From Eledone cirrhosa (lineage: Eukaryota): 64,000 nt of DNA. The stretch's first letter is position 1; each line of letters opens with the position of its first letter. The notes beneath the pieces were generated by a model, which was not told where the DNA came from, made no database searches, and worked only from the letters and a program-made list of their open reading frames with translations. Below, piece by piece: positions 24,775 to 39,590 of the stretch. The stretch lies in the NCBI GenBank assembly GCA_964016885.1, contig OZ024740.1, positions 291,524,001-291,588,000 of the forward strand, read 5' to 3'. The position numbers and the translations under genes are program-made.

Positions 24775-26400
24775 GGAAGTGCATATGACCCATATACAAT
24801 GTTTCTGTATAATAAAATACGCTGTATTTTAAGCTGTGATCATGTCAGTTACATAACCTTCTGCAGCTAAGGTTGACAACAGTAAAAAAACAGCTGTATT
24901 TTATTTATTTATCATTCTCAGGTGTTTGGTTAATAACAAAGTGCAATATTTTACAATTAAATAAAAAGTGTGAAGACTTTAGTTAAGAAATGTATACATT
25001 GTTTCACTCATCATATATGTGTGCAAATGTCATTCTCTATAATTAATAAAACTTTATCACTTTTGACAACACAGTTACATTAGTTTGTTGATATTAGTAG
25101 CACATTACATAATTGACACAAATTATCTAAACAGGTCCTTAAATATTTTGTGACAGTTCACTTTCTATATACTTCAAGATAGAGAATTCAATTAACACTA
25201 TTTATAAAACCATTTCGTTCTCTTAGACAATACACAAGGTGACTGTATCATGAGACAAAATACCAAATACACTACAGAAATCAATATATAATCAAAAGTT
25301 TCCCTTTTCTCAATCTATGTACATATCTCTCGCTTGGTGCTCCCCCTCTCTACATAAAGTGAGTGTGACAGATGGACAGACAGACAGCACTCTTATAATA
25401 TAGATTATATATTTCAAACACATTTTATCATGTATTATTATCATTGTTTTTATGTCGACTTTTCTATGCAAGCATGGATTTAATGGAACTTTTTTGAGGC
25501 AGGAATGTGGTGTACCTATTCTAAACCAGACATACATGTATATTTTCTTTTATACATAGATAAAACATTCTAATGAATAAAGCAAACAATTTTTAGTAAT
25601 ATTCATGGAAATTCTACAGTCCTAAATAATCTTACTTGACATTCCAGGTCATGGCCCATAGTTTATAAAAGTAAGACACACGGACACACAATCTCTTCAT
25701 TGATTAGCTTTAAGTTGCAATAAATTTAAGCTAAGACTTTAAAATAAATATCAACTCTTCACCTTTTGGGTATTCCACATCTACACAATGATAAAGACAA
25801 AATATATTACTACTAACCATACTATACATACCATTTATTATATTTAAATCAATACAGCATTGATTATACAGCTAGGCTATTGCAATAAGACATTCTTTCC
25901 AAAGTCAACAATTGTAAAAACGGATTTCAAATTCTTTTTCTTCCCCAATACATATCGATTATAAAACAGTTTAAAAAAACAGTAGCTCATCTCTCAAGTG
26001 TAATAACAAAATACATCAAAGACCTTCAATTTTAGATACACTGCCAACCAATATTACATAATCATTTACAAAGAGTATTATTAAAATTTCTACAATTGAG
26101 AAGGCATCATTAACTGAAGATAATATTTTAATTGTAAAATTCCACAATGCAGAATGCAATGCACATTGATGCTGCATTGACAATAATTAAATAGTAAGAA
26201 ATATTCAACTATCAAACATTTTTTATGAAAATATAATCATCTTCAGATGAACATTGAAATATAGATCACAACCAAGCTGGATGAAAGGTTCCAAAAATGT
26301 TAAAAAATAAAACAAGAAAAGATTTTTAAAAAAGAGGATGGGGGGAGGGGGTTTCAATTATATGTAATGAAGATAAACATAACATATTTTGATATATTAA

Positions 26401-26621
26401 CCCTTTAGCATTTAAACCTGCCATATCCTGCCAGAATTTTCTCACCTCTCTCTGTTCAAACCGGCTGTAACTACCCACTCATACTGATGTTAAGGTATTG
26501 TTCTCAAAATAAGTAATATCAAAATCTTATAGATTCAATATTATGAGATAATTATGTGAGGTTTAAAGCCTTTACAATGAAAATACAATAGTAAATATAG
26601 AGTAATGTAAATGCTAAAGGG
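26401..26621. mobile_element. piggyBac-like MITE family 1 (other copies 1-112 partial, 23655-23860, 33421-33621, 34332-34544, 47173-47395, 63793-63960)
   Basis: TIR ccctttagcattta / taaatgctaaaggg with TTAA on both sides; ~220-bp conserved interior. Confidence 0.88.
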
Positions 26622-26749
26622 TTAAATTAAGATATAAATATTACTTTTAAATTTTACAACAAAAATATTTAGAACTCGTTGACATAGCTATTCTTTTGAA
26701 CTGATTTGATATAGCAGGTAAAAAAACCAAGTGAATATCTTCTTTGCTC

Positions 26750-27190
26750 ACTTAGAGTCTTCAAACTCCTTCCAGCAGGTCCTAACAGAAACAACCATCT
26801 CCAACTGATCTGGCTGGATCCCCAAGTGAGACCAGTCAAGTTCATGGATGCCGTCCAACCATCTTGCTCAGGATCTATCCCTGGGTCTTCTGCCAGTTGG
26901 TTTTGCCCTAAAATCTGTCCAGCAATTTTTTCTTGAGACATTCTAACTACATGCCCATAGTATCGGAGCTGTGATCTCTCAATTCGGAGAAGTAGCGGCT
27001 CTACCTGGGGTGCCAATCTGATCTCCGAACACTGTCAAGTATCATTACTCCAAAGAGCCTTCGGAGAAACCCCATTTCAACCGCTTGTATTTGCGATCAT
27101 ATTCTTTTGGCCATTACCAAAGATTCATGGCCATAGGTAAGGATTAGCACGGACACTGAATTGAAGATAGTGAGTTTGGCTTTTACGTCT
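26750..27190 (-). mobile_element. RTE-clade LINE 3' ORF fragment (same family at 15140-15390, 57970-58020, 63530-63670)
   Basis: VEPLLLRIERSQLRYYGHVVRM and RPRARWLD C-terminal RTE motifs. Confidence 0.85.
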
Positions 27191-27699
27191 ACCTCTCTTC
27201 CAAATAGATGATGGATCATTCCACAAAAATAACAGAAAAAGTTATATGGCACAACTGATTAGGAAGAGAATTAGCTTAGATGAGATGCAATTTTGGTTTG
27301 AGCCACTGATGCTCTCTTCCTAGTGGGATGACTTGACAGGGTATCACATTCTATAGTTATTAGCTGATGGACACTAAGAAAACTAAATGCACATGAATGG
27401 CTTGTAACAACTATACAAGCCATGTACAAAAATGCTGTTAGCAAGGTGAGAGTTTGATGAGAATTTAGCATGCAGGTATCCATTAGGGCTTCGTTTTCAG
27501 ATCCCACCTATTTATTATAGTTCTCCAAGGCACAAGGGTTTAGAATTGTTTATATAAACTCTTGTATGCTTATAACCTATTTCTCATATGAAAATAACCT
27601 CTTGGTGATTTAGAAAAAAAAATCCAGATAAAGTATCATAAAATCTAGAATTAAGAGAATTCCAAATAAATATAACGAAGACAAATGTTTTACTTAAGA

Positions 27700-28830
27700 G
27701 GAAAAAAGACAGCTCTACTATCATCCAAGAAGCAGCCATACTCAATGTGCAGAAAAGGAATAGAGAGAAATTCTATAAGAAAAACTGGTAAATTAACAGG
27801 AGTAGATTGCAGTAAGAACCTTAATTTTTTTTCAAAATGCTCAGAAGACTCCCTAGAAATAGTTGATGGTTTTTGTTATTTAGGTGACCTAATTAGTAGT
27901 GAAGACAGATGTTCTGAAGGCATAGCAGCAAGAGTAAGAACAGGGTGGGAACATTCTATGAAGCTATTACCTCTGCAGGCAACAGAGGGATTCTCTCTCC
28001 AAATAAAGAAGTGATTGTACAATGCTTGTGTTCGAAGTATGATGTTGCATGGTAGCAAAACACAGGCATTAAATGTGGTGAATACACAAAAACTGGAAAA
28101 AGTTGGGGGGCATTCGTGCTCTGCCAAGATGTGTAATATTAAGTATGCAAGAATGATAGAGCATACAATATATTGATGATCTAATTTTTTTAATTGAAAG
28201 ATCTAGAAAACATCCTAGATACAGAACCTAGAGTAAATTTTGTAAAGACTAATGTTTAAGAAGTGGTAAAGAAAACAAGGTCCTGTTTCCATCAGGACAA
28301 TGATGTAGAAAAGTAGGAGGTAAAAATTCCATTTGGTACAGGCAATGTAAACTATGGACACTCAAGAGAAGGAAGTCTTTGTGACAGGTAAAGAAGCAGA
28401 GATAATTGTAAGAACACCAGAGAAATAAACTTTTTCCAATCTAGGGAAGCTTCCACAGAAGTAATTAACAGCTTCTGTAACTTAAGTGACTTAATTAGTA
28501 GTAGAGAGGGATGCCTCAAAAACATAGTAGCTAAAATAAGAACAGTGCAAAAATTTCAGAGAGCTACTACTATTGTAGTGAAAGGTAGAATGTGAAACTT
28601 ATTTATGTAGTACAGTATTACATGGTAGTGAGGCATGTGGACTGAATGTAGATAATATGCAAAATTTCATTGTTAACTCTCAATTTATTGACTGCATGTT
28701 CTGTTGAATATGTAATGTTAATACATATGAACATTGAAGCACAAATGAGTTGAAAGAAACACTGGGTATAAGAAAAATCATATGCAGCCTGTAGGAGAAA
28801 AGACTGGGTTGGTATGGGCATGTATTCAAA
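27700..28830 (+). mobile_element. Two decayed RTE LINE fragments
   Basis: LEIVDGFCYLGDLISS...AARVRTGW motif, repeated in more decayed form at about 28450-28650. Confidence 0.75.
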
Positions 28831-29879
28831 GGGTTCTACTGAGAATCTTGAATTTTAGTTTCAAATAAAACAAACAAAAGAGATATAGGAATGAAATCTG
28901 AAAACTTGAATTGTAGAGTTGAATATACTTGTGAAATTCAAAATATAGCTTTGAACAGCCTTCAACAAAAATTTCATCTACATGTCTTCAGAAAGTTAGC
29001 CAATAGATATGGAAATCTCACTGTGCTTAGGAATGGTGCTAGTAATATTAGTTTGTCAGATTTGTGATAGTAGATAAATCAAGATAAGATAAGATGAGGA
29101 AACAAAGATAAAATAACACAGGAGAGGAAAACCTAAATAAACTTCAATGAAATGTGAAAATAGAATTATAAAACAGGGCTAAGTATTAGTTTAATGTTCT
29201 TTTGACTATATACCACACAAACTAAGTAATTCAAATGTAAACTGAAATAAAAGAGATGGCTGTGTTAAATAGATGAAAAGAGCGTGCATGCAGGTATCAG
29301 ACAAATAGGCAATTAGCGGATATAAGCTTACAAAAGTCACAGCTGTGCAATAATGCCTGGAGTCAAACCTTATTAGAAAGGTGTTTTTTTATGAATAGCT
29401 TGATGTGATGTTTACTAGATTATATAGAATAAGAGACCATTTAAGCTTAATGGGAATTTAGAAAGAGGGAACACGGATTAAGAATTTCTGTAAAAGATAA
29501 ACAGAAAAGCAGCTGAGGGTCAGAAGAAAGAAAACTAGAATGAAAATTATATTTTTACAATCATGTTTTATATTATGATATATGCATTCTGGTAACTGGA
29601 CAAAATATCAAATCTATAATCAACCCTATGAAAATTGAACTCAACAAAATAATTTCTGTTCAAATTTACATGGCATGTTAGCAAACAAAATATATATCTA
29701 TATAATAAATTCAAATATAACTAGGAAGTATAATTATTTGGAAGCCCAACAATGTATGTGGGTTTATAAGTGCCAAGAATTAGAGAAAATGGGACAAAAG
29801 AACTGAGAAAAGGGTGAGAATGGTAGAATTTTACCCTAGCAATTTTAATGACCATTAAAATTGGTAAGGTAAAATTTGA

Positions 29880-30160
29880 CTGTTCTCACTCTTTTCTTAG
29901 TTCTAAATGAAGAGATTGCTGCCAAATTTATATATCTCTGCTGGTATTCCATCATTTCCCGACGACTTGCCATTGTAAGTTGTTTTATGGCCTTTTTTAT
30001 ATCAGCACTAGTTGGAATGGCTGATAGTCCTGCAAGGAAAGGCCTCTGTAGTAGGTTGTTGATAAAGTTCATAACATTTGGTTACGTATTGAGAACATTA
30101 GAGAAATGTTCTGCCCAACACTTAGTGATCTCTTTTTTGTCTGTCAAAAGGTTAGCTCTA
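29880..30160 (-). mobile_element. Decayed RTE (BovB-like) fragment
   Basis: IPTSADIKKAIKQL followed by frameshifted GKS.GNDGIPAEIYK. Confidence 0.65.
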
Positions 30161-31032
30161 AATACCTGCTTTATATTAACCCTAGTAAGCACATCCATTT
30201 ATTTCTCTCATCTATGTGACTAACTTCATGAACTATGCTAGTTTTGCTGTGTGCTACAAAATCATCATAATTAAATGTTTATTTTCCCAGCTAGCAAAGC
30301 TATACACAATTAATATCAAAACCAAGGTTTCATTCATTTCTTCTTCATTTGTTTGTGTTCCACATGGAGTAGCCAGTAAGGTAGTCAGCTGGCAAGAGAT
30401 AGACAAACTCAAGGTCCAAGTCCCATCAGTTAGTTTCTTCTTTTGTAATTCTAAATTAATGCTTTCGTGAGTTATAATGATTAATGTTTATATAAAATAT
30501 TTCAGCTGTTACTTTACAGTGTATGAGACTAATTAAATCTATAGTATGATTTGACACAGATATCCAAGTATCATAGTAAACATAGCTAATACAAAGGTTT
30601 ACTGGTAGGAGGTATTTAATAGTTTGGTTGGTTGTTTAGCTGTAAGTATCCCATTATCAAATGCAACCTTTTTTAAAGACATTAAGGTGTGATTAGGAGA
30701 ATTTAGCTGCTATTTTTAGTAGACCAAGTGACCATGTAAAAGTTCCCTTGCTGGTTTGTATTGTGAATGGTGCAAACAGTAAATGAACAAGGGTTGTAGG
30801 GAAATCTTTGGTAGAATCATAGAAAACAAGATTAAATGTACTTAAATATCAAATAGCTTGAGTATTTGTGAATGAAACCTAACTATTCAGATGGTTCATT
30901 GAAAGTACTAAATATGTTCTTGGTAGAGTCATATCATAGGACAAAGTACCTTGTATTTATTCCATCTCTCTGTACTTATAAGCACTCAAGATAGATCTTT
31001 GGTTTGAGAATACCTTCCTCCCTCCCACTCAC

Positions 31033-31046
31033 CTGTCTTGAAGGCC
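31033..31046 (-). other. Candidate 14-nt microexon
   Basis: ttttattttag|ggccttcaagacag|gtgagtgg. Confidence 0.3.
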
Positions 31047-33959
31047 CTAAAATAAAATCATGAGCACTAACCTTTACTCACCAATGACTGAACTCATGTA
31101 TGCAAAAGAGATGGAAATATGTAAATGAAGGAGATAGTTTGGGTGATACAGTTAGTAGATGTAAACCAGAAGCAGCAGCTGATATAAAATGAAATGAAGT
31201 AAAATTTATAGCTCACACCTAAGCTTGTTCAGCTAGCTTCCTACAAGGTTGCATCTCGTAGGGCTTTTGGTGTTGTCATGAAAAGCAATGTGAAATGAAG
31301 TATCTTGCTCAAGAACACAAGCACTACCCAATCCAGGATTGAACCCGTCTAAACCCATGCTAGCGTGCAAGATAGACGTTAAACGATGATGATGATGATG
31401 ACCTTATGATCATAAGCCCAACATAACATGCAATGGATTAAGAGATGATGCAGGATTGAACTGCAAGCTAACTCCAAATGATAGAATTATTAAAAGGATG
31501 ATGATGATAACTACAAGAGTGATCTGGGTATATATACCTTATCAAAAAGAATACAGGGAAATCTAGTAATAAGATAATTGTGCAATATACTAATTGGGAG
31601 AGATAGATAACATTAACAATAGGAACTATAATAATTGTTTGAACATCACAAAGGAAATATTTTAATAATGCAACACAATCTTGCAGAGGAAAGTATTGAA
31701 ATATAATAAATGGAAAGTGAACGTAACAATATTGATAATGATGTAATTAAATGGAGTACAAACCAATGAGAAAAGCCTCTGAACAGTTAAAAATGACAGC
31801 CTAATCTACCTCAAAATATATCCTGCTGTCTACACAATGTATAATGAAATCCTGGATATACAAAAAGATGAGATGATCAATGCTAGAATATTTTTGATCA
31901 TATGTCTAGTTGATCAAAATTAAGTTGAGGGCTAAACGACAGTAAAGTGTATCTACTTTTTAAACTACACATTCTGGCTAACAGCAAGAAATCAAAGATA
32001 CATCATCATTGTTTACATTAAATAGTTAGTGAAAATATGGGATATTTTAACTATTTGAAATATCTTTAAGTTCTAAATTATGCAACTCTTACATATCAAT
32101 TTGTAACTTCAATATTCAAAGAATGTTTTCTTTGCTAACTTCGGTATGAGAATATAAACCATGATAAAATTATGCATAATTCATACTTTAAAAAATTAAT
32201 ACCTTTCGGAAAATTCACATTTCAAATAGAAAAGAGATAGAACTGTCATAAAATAAAGCATACCCATTTAACTTTTGATACCAAACTGCCCCTGGCTCTA
32301 CAATATAACACTGTTTTAAAGTATTTATACTTATCTAAAAATCTTCCGTCATTATTCTATATAAGAACCATTGTTAAGTTGTGTTCCAAACACCAGTGTA
32401 ATAGTGAGAAATTTAGATATATTACTAAATTTGTCCACATGCTTGATCAATTTAAAAATCATAGGCAGTGTTTTTCATCAGAAATATGATAACGAAAGAG
32501 TTAAGGTCTTAAAATAAAAAATAAAGTGTGCTACACAAATATTTTTATTAGTAATCTCTACATGTTGCTGTGGCTGAGAATGACACATGGTGTAGATAGA
32601 AAATGTAGCAACTAACATTCACAAATAGCTTAAATGATTTCATGTCTTAATGGAAATAACATGTAATGATATCTCAAGAAATAGATCACTTGGAAAGAAA
32701 CTGAAACAAAACTTATATGTTAAGTCACAAAGTAGAGGTTTATTCTCAGTGGTCTAGTGGTAAGACATTCCGAGACTGTTGAGACTTTGGTTGAAGGTTC
32801 AATCTCAGCCGAGATCGATATTTGATGAATTTTAGTCAAACAAACAGCATTTATACACATTTTTTAGCATCTGTTTTCCCTACTAGCAAGGGTTGGACAT
32901 GTCGCCACAGACAGATCAGTTGTCAGGCAGAGCAACTGACCTCCGGTGGGCATGACATGAACCCATATTCTATTGAGTACATTTTATTATAGCACCAACA
33001 CTAGGAAAGTTGTCATGTCCTTGTCACAGCTGAAGTCTTCTTCCAACCCTTTCTATGGCTGGATGCCATTCCTATCACCAACCAGTTTGCAGAGGGTACT
33101 GAATATGTTTATCGTGAGATCACCAACACTAGAAACTAAAAACATTTACACATAGTCGATGCTAAAAGTTTTAAAACTCTAGAGCAATGGATTAGCAAGT
33201 TTCATCAGTAATTGCTAGTAACATTGCAGTGGTTGCTTGTAGCACATTCAAGTTGGTCATTGAATTCTACGACAATATCTTATCACATTATTTTGCTTGA
33301 TTATTAAGTTGCTGTCTTGTATTTACATCCAGCAAGTGATAAGCCAGCCTTAAATAGGGTCTAAGTTGGTGCTTTATTTTAGATCAGAGAAAATTAACAT
33401 TCAGATAAATTCCTAAAGATTTAACACTTTAGCATTTACATTCTGTATATTTACCATTATATTTTCACAGTTAAAGCTTTACCTCACATAATGTAGAATC
33501 TATGATATTTTGATCTTATTTATTTCGAGAACAATACCCTAACATCAGTACGAGTGGCTAGTTACAGCTGGTTTGAATAGAAAGAGGTGTGAGAATACTG
33601 GTCGGATATGGCCGGTTTAAATTGATACAATTTAGTTTCAATTTAATCTAACCGCAGCATATTTGAGAAATAGATATAGACTAGAGATTTCTATTGGACA
33701 CAAATTTTTTTTAAATAACTTTTTTTGTGACAAATCTCAGTTTTGTTAGCAACATATGATTAGCAAAATTAATATATAATTAAATATATCACATGTCATC
33801 AGTCATACCTCTAATTGTATGTAAAGTTGTCACAAATGTACTTCAAAGCCAAATTTATGTTTAAATCGAATAGGTTTCATTTATTTCTGAGATATAGGCA
33901 GAGATTATCGACAATGCAGTTTCATGTGGTACATGATGTTAATAGATAGTTAAGCACAC

Positions 33960-34251
33960 ATGGAGGCACATGGCTTAGTGGTTAGAGCTTTGGCCTTGCA
34001 ATCGAAAGGTTGTGAGTTCAATTCTCAGACCGGGTGATGTGTTGTTTCCTTGAGCAAGACACTTTATTTCACATTGCTCCAGTTTACTCAGCTGTAGAAA
34101 TGAGATGATAGGGACTGGGGTCCATATCATTCCACTGCAAAGTGGTCGTGGAGGTGCCGCGGCAAAAAAAAAAAAGCACCTACTAAAAAAGGGCGGTGCC
34201 CCAGCATGGCCTCAGCCAGATGGCTGAAACAGGTAAAAGAGTAAAAGAGTA
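33960..34251 (+). mobile_element. Same SINE family head and body with a different 3' tail
   Basis: Matches 11555-11760, then ends gggcggtgccccagcatggc...gtaaaagagtaaaagagt. Confidence 0.85.
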
Positions 34252-34805
34252 ATACAGTAAAGTGTTGTGCCACAGTTTCAAAATCACTGATATTGACATT
34301 AAAAATTCACAATATGAAATGGTAACTAATATTAACTCTTTAGCATTTAAACTGGCTGTATCCGGCCAGAATTCTCACACCTTTTGTTCAAACTGGTCAC
34401 AACCAGCCACTCATACTGACATTAAGATATTGTTCTCAAAATAAATTATATAAAAATCTTATAAATTCGATATTATGTAAGATAAAGCCCTTTCTGTGAA
34501 AATACAATTGTCAATATAGAGTAATGTAAATGCTAAAGGGTTAAATAGAATTTATTAAAAACTTCTTTCTCTCCTCCTTAATTCCTTCCTGAAATAGCTT
34601 TCATATTATGTGGAAACTTAATCTTTACCATAACACTCTATGTTATCTAAGGAAACAATATACCATCTGCTTTCACTGCTTTTAATCCGTCAATAAAGCT
34701 CTAAACATAGTAAACTAACAGTTTACACATTTCAAAATAATATGAACACAGATATGGCTGTGTTGTTAGAAATCCACTTCACAGCCACAATGTTTGAGGT
34801 TCTAC

Positions 34806-34905
34806 CTCACTGCAGAGCACCATCCAGAAGTCCTTGGGCTCACTGCATAGCACCATCCAGAAGTCCTTGGGCTCACTGCATAGCACCATCCAGAAGTCCT
34901 TGGGC
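34806..34905. repeat. 33-bp tandem repeat x3 inside an old SINE
   Basis: ctcactgcatagcaccatccagaagtccttggg repeated. Confidence 0.9.
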
Positions 34906-35649
34906 TAAGTAATGCCTCTTGAGTGAAATGAAATCAATCATATGTGTATGTGTTTCTGACTCCTTTTCAAATACAATATCAGGTGGTGGTATCTGTTTAC
35001 TTACAAAACAGATATCACACTCTTTCACTCTTCATGTCATCATCATTAACATCGTTTAATGTCAATTTTTCCACGCTGGCATGTGTTAGATGAGCTATCC
35101 TGTTGTGAGCAATGCCAGGTCAGGTGACCATGTCATGCTAACACAGAACCGATTTGGGCTTGATTTCTACAGCTGGATGCCCTTCCTAGTGCCAACCTCA
35201 TTTACAGTGAGTACTGGCTGCTTTTTGCTGCGATATATACACATCCACTTTACAGTGACCACTTTCCTGCCAACATCTAAGCAGTTCATAGATTTCATAT
35301 CACAGTTCCTACTACTAACTACTATGCATAACAAGTCTTCATTCTTCCGTCAGGTGCCTATTATTTGCATCAAGAACAAACTTCAAGTTCCTGTTTGTTA
35401 CTTTACTATATACATAACAGAACCATTTTCCAATACTATACTGACAATATCGAGACATTTGACACATTCTAGAAAGGTGAATAAAAAGGTCACGTTTTCA
35501 AAAACCTTTAAACAAATTTTGGTAAAATAAATACTAAAATTTGTATGAAAATAACAGCAACAGATCTAAATCTCTTCACAAAACCCCCAATTAACTAAAC
35601 TTTAAACCTGGCACAAATCTAATAACCACTGACCATTAATTGGCACATA

Positions 35650-35972
35650 TCATCATTTCATTTCATTTTACGTCCAGTTTTCCCTGCTTGCAAGGGTGGG
35701 AAGGGAACTGATTCTGGCTTGATTTCTACAGCTGGATGCCCTTCCTAACACCAACCTCATTTACAGTGAGCGCTGGGTGCTTTTTTTCCGTGGCGCCTAC
35801 ACGTCCACTTTACAGTGTGTGCTGGGTGCTTTTTTGCCGTGGCACCCCCACAACCACTTTGCAGTGGAATGATATGGACCCCAGTCCCTATCATCTCATT
35901 TCTACAGCTGAGTAAACTGGAGCAATGTGAAATAAAGTGTCTTGCTCAAGGACACAACACATCACCCGGTCT
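35650..35972 (-). mobile_element. Same SINE family, 5'-truncated
   Basis: Reverse complement of about 11620-11930. Confidence 0.85.
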
Positions 35973-36574
35973 AATATAACTAATCAATCAGAACACAAAG
36001 GTCATCACCTTAATCTCTAATCCTCCATTTGCTCCACCATCCCACTTCAACTGTGACAATCCAATTAATGTTTGTCTGCATATTTATCTATTCACTCAAA
36101 CTAATTTGAATTTTACTTAACACTTTTCTGAATATGACTACATGTTTTGTATGAGCAAGACATGGTCACCTGACTATTTGCCTTAAACGGGACAACCTGT
36201 CTAACCCATGCTAGCATGAAAAATAAATGTTAAACAATGATGATGATGTATGACCAGATATGCTGTTAACTCTTTCGTTACCATATTTCTGATAAAGTAC
36301 ATTGTCTATGTATTTCAATTAATTGAGGAAATAATTCAAAATTTGGAGTAATTTAATAAAAAATAACTTTTTCATTAGTGAACTCATATTTGGAAAATTT
36401 CTTAAAATTATTATAGAAGGTTCTAATATAAATATGAACATTTTAAAATGGACACTTTTGTATCATAAAATCAAGAGCAGTTTCAGGCAGAGTACTATCA
36501 AAAGGGTTGTTGTTCTTTTCTTAACATAAGAAATATATTACTCCACTCCTGTACTAACCAAATAGCTCAACATC

Positions 36575-36798
36575 AACTCTTAACATCCTATAATGATTTA
36601 GCAGAATATATTTTTAAATGGGTTCCTTAATTTAAATGTTTATAGTATCTAAACTGGTAGACAAATCATTGTGAAAATTTTCAGTAAACTAAAGTTTAGA
36701 CATGAATTTGTAATGCGATGCAGTCATAATGTTGCTTTATACTTTTCAAGAATGTCTTGCTAATGTAGTCTTATGTGTTACAGGATGTTAAGAGTTAA
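36575..36798. mobile_element. MITE family 3 (other copies about 38180-38402, 39635-40003)
   Basis: TIR aactcttaacatcct / aggatgttaagagtt; shared interior. Confidence 0.65.
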
Positions 36799-37353
36799 AG
36801 TAGTTAATAGACTTTCCAATAGATTGTTTAACCTAACCTGCATAAATGAAATCAGCCATAATTACCCCCATCACAAACACATATATATATACACACACAC
36901 ACCTAGGATTGACTGGGAATTAACCACTGAAGGTGAAACAGATTCTCAGTTAAATCAAAATTGATTCAACAAGTATTGAACCCATCAGTTCATCAGTAAA
37001 AGTTATTTACAATTCTATAAATTAACCCAACTTTAAAACTTCTATATGCATTTGAGTGTGTATAAAACCCTACTTATGTTTTGTAGGGCCGCATTGTTAA
37101 ACTAATGTCACCAACCTAAAAATATCATAAAAGGAATGTTTAAAGACTTTCTTGATAGTTTAATTTCAAATGAAAATGTAAAAATAGTGACTTCTGAATT
37201 TGACTAAATATAATTTATAAGAATTTGTAACAGAACCAGAAAGAAAAATAATTTTAAACATGTAAAATTAACTTAATTCCATTTTAAGTATATAAATTAG
37301 CAGAGAACTATTTTAATGTTAATTTGGGAAATATTTATAAAATATATACTCAC

Positions 37354-37379
37354 GTTTCAGTACATTGATGAGGCGATTT
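37354..37379 (-). other. Candidate 26-nt microexon (probably 5'UTR)
   Basis: ttattttattttttag|aaatcgcctcatcaatgtactgaaac|gtgagtat: strong acceptor and donor around a GC-richer island in extremely AT-rich flanks. Confidence 0.55.
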
Positions 37380-39163
37380 CTAAAAAATAAAATAATTTAA
37401 AAGTTTATATTATAGAAATAAGGTTTCATATTTTCAATATCAAAATCTTATTGATTTAATATTAATTATACATCATTTTCTATAAGATTTCAAAATACAT
37501 TTTTATATTACAATCTTAATATAAAACAAAAAGAAACTAGAACATTTTCTATATCTTAGTATTTTCAATATTCTCATCTTATTAAATGATACAAAACATT
37601 TTATTTGCTTTTATTTATTTTTTCTAAAGCTGTTGTTACGAGATTAACAGTATAAAATAAAATTAATGTCACCAAAGTAATCTCATAACCATAGAAATAG
37701 ATGTTTAACTGATTCTTATCAACAAATTATCAAAATTCTATACCAAAAGTTAAGAAAAAACAGAAAAGAAAATAGATTTCTTTTTAAAATTCCCCATGGT
37801 TTTAAGAAGTATCTATTGTATTATATATGATAATTACATTGTAACAATCATTTTTCTGTGCCAGCCTAATTAAATCAAATTTGAGTAATAAACTTGATGA
37901 ATTAATCTAATCTCAGTTTTGACTTCTGGCTGGAAAACAAAGTAAAAAACAACAATAATTGGAATAGAGAGAATATTTTCAATCTGAGAAGACTATTTTC
38001 CTTTCTAGATCGAATTTATCTCTAAAGAATAGTTGAAATATGATAAAATAAAACTAATCCTAAAGAAATTGAAGAAAGAGGATCTCTAAAAAAATAAATC
38101 CATACAATATTTCTGCTATCAATTTATATAATCCACATTTGTAGCAACAGTTCCTAGTTACATAGATATTCAACTCTACTTGACCATAACATCCTGTAAT
38201 GATTCAACAGAAAATGTCTAGAAACAGGCTTATTAATTCAAATATTTACAGTATCTTTACTAGTGGGCAGATTGTTGTGAATATTAGTAATATTAGAGTA
38301 AGGACTTTAATTTTAATGTGATGCTGTCAAATTTGATTTATACTTTTTCAAGAATGTCTTTGCTTACGTAATTTCATGCAGTAGAGGATGTTAAAAAGTT
38401 AACAGGATGCATTTATCACTTCCCATTTCTACAGCACCCTCAACTGACTCATTTCCCAGTTCATCTTGTACACCATGTCTTTTATTTGTACACAATGTCT
38501 TTTGTTTAATCTAATGCAGGAGCCACAAAACCAATTTTTTACATAGAAATACTCCTAATCTCACATGTCAACATGGTTTTCATATTTGCTCTTCAACACA
38601 TCAAATGTCTTTTACATACACAAAAAAAAAAAAAAAAAAATCCAATCAGCTATGCTCAATCAAACATTTGGGAAAGACCTGCAAATATAGCACACAGAGT
38701 GTTTTGGTTGTGGGTGCATACAGATTGGGATCCAATTTATTGTACAATTGCTTGATTTAACATTGGTGTTTTGGAGCTGATAGCAGTAAATATGGGAAAG
38801 GTAGACTAAAGTCCACTAAGATAACAAAACTGTCATTGAGAGAGACTAACTTCAAGACAAGAGTGAAAAACCATTACACCAATTTATGTCTTCTTTAACA
38901 GGATATAGGTTTTCCACATTCAGGGGAACTAAGACAACAAAACTCACCGAGGAACACTAAATCAGACATGGTTTTCTAGATAAGAATGAAAACCATTATA
39001 AAAACATATGATGTTTTAAATAATATATAAGTTTGTGTGGTCTTGAATTCAACTGCAATAACTGATTACTGTGATAAGAATTCGTTGAGAATATGTAGTC
39101 CTAACTAAACTATATATTGTACAAGATATTTCAAGCAACAATTGAGAATATGTAGTCCTAACT

Positions 39164-39590
39164 TCGCACCAGTCGCCATCAAGACCTCAAGCGTCCTTGG
39201 ACCGCGTACTGCCAAGCTCCTCTGGGGAAGGAGCCACTCGAGGTGGGGTGGCTGTTGCAGTTTTGTCAACGGAGCACAGCCTAAACAGCGCCCAACCCTA
39301 AGCAGAGAACCCATCACCCTCTCCCACGGCCTAATAGTCCTTGCCTTTTCCCCCCATTTATGGTTATTTCCACCACTTTCCCATACAGCCATATCTGCCC
39401 TCTATGCTTTCTCCCTCTTTTCATTACTTAATTTTGTTTATCTTTCTTTTTCAGATTTCCACCATTGTATAACTTCTATTTGTAAAATATAGTTGACATG
39501 TTGAATTTATTGATTCTATGTATGTATTTCTATTTAAGTTTATATATTTACTATTTAACAAAACATTTTTAATATAAAAAAAACAAAACT
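39164..39590 (+). mobile_element. Short 3' fragment of an unclassified non-LTR retroposon
   Basis: GC-rich 5' part, T-rich 3'UTR, A-rich tail, 25-bp TSD ttgtacaagatatttcaagcaacaa (39117-39141 and 39592-39616). Confidence 0.75.
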
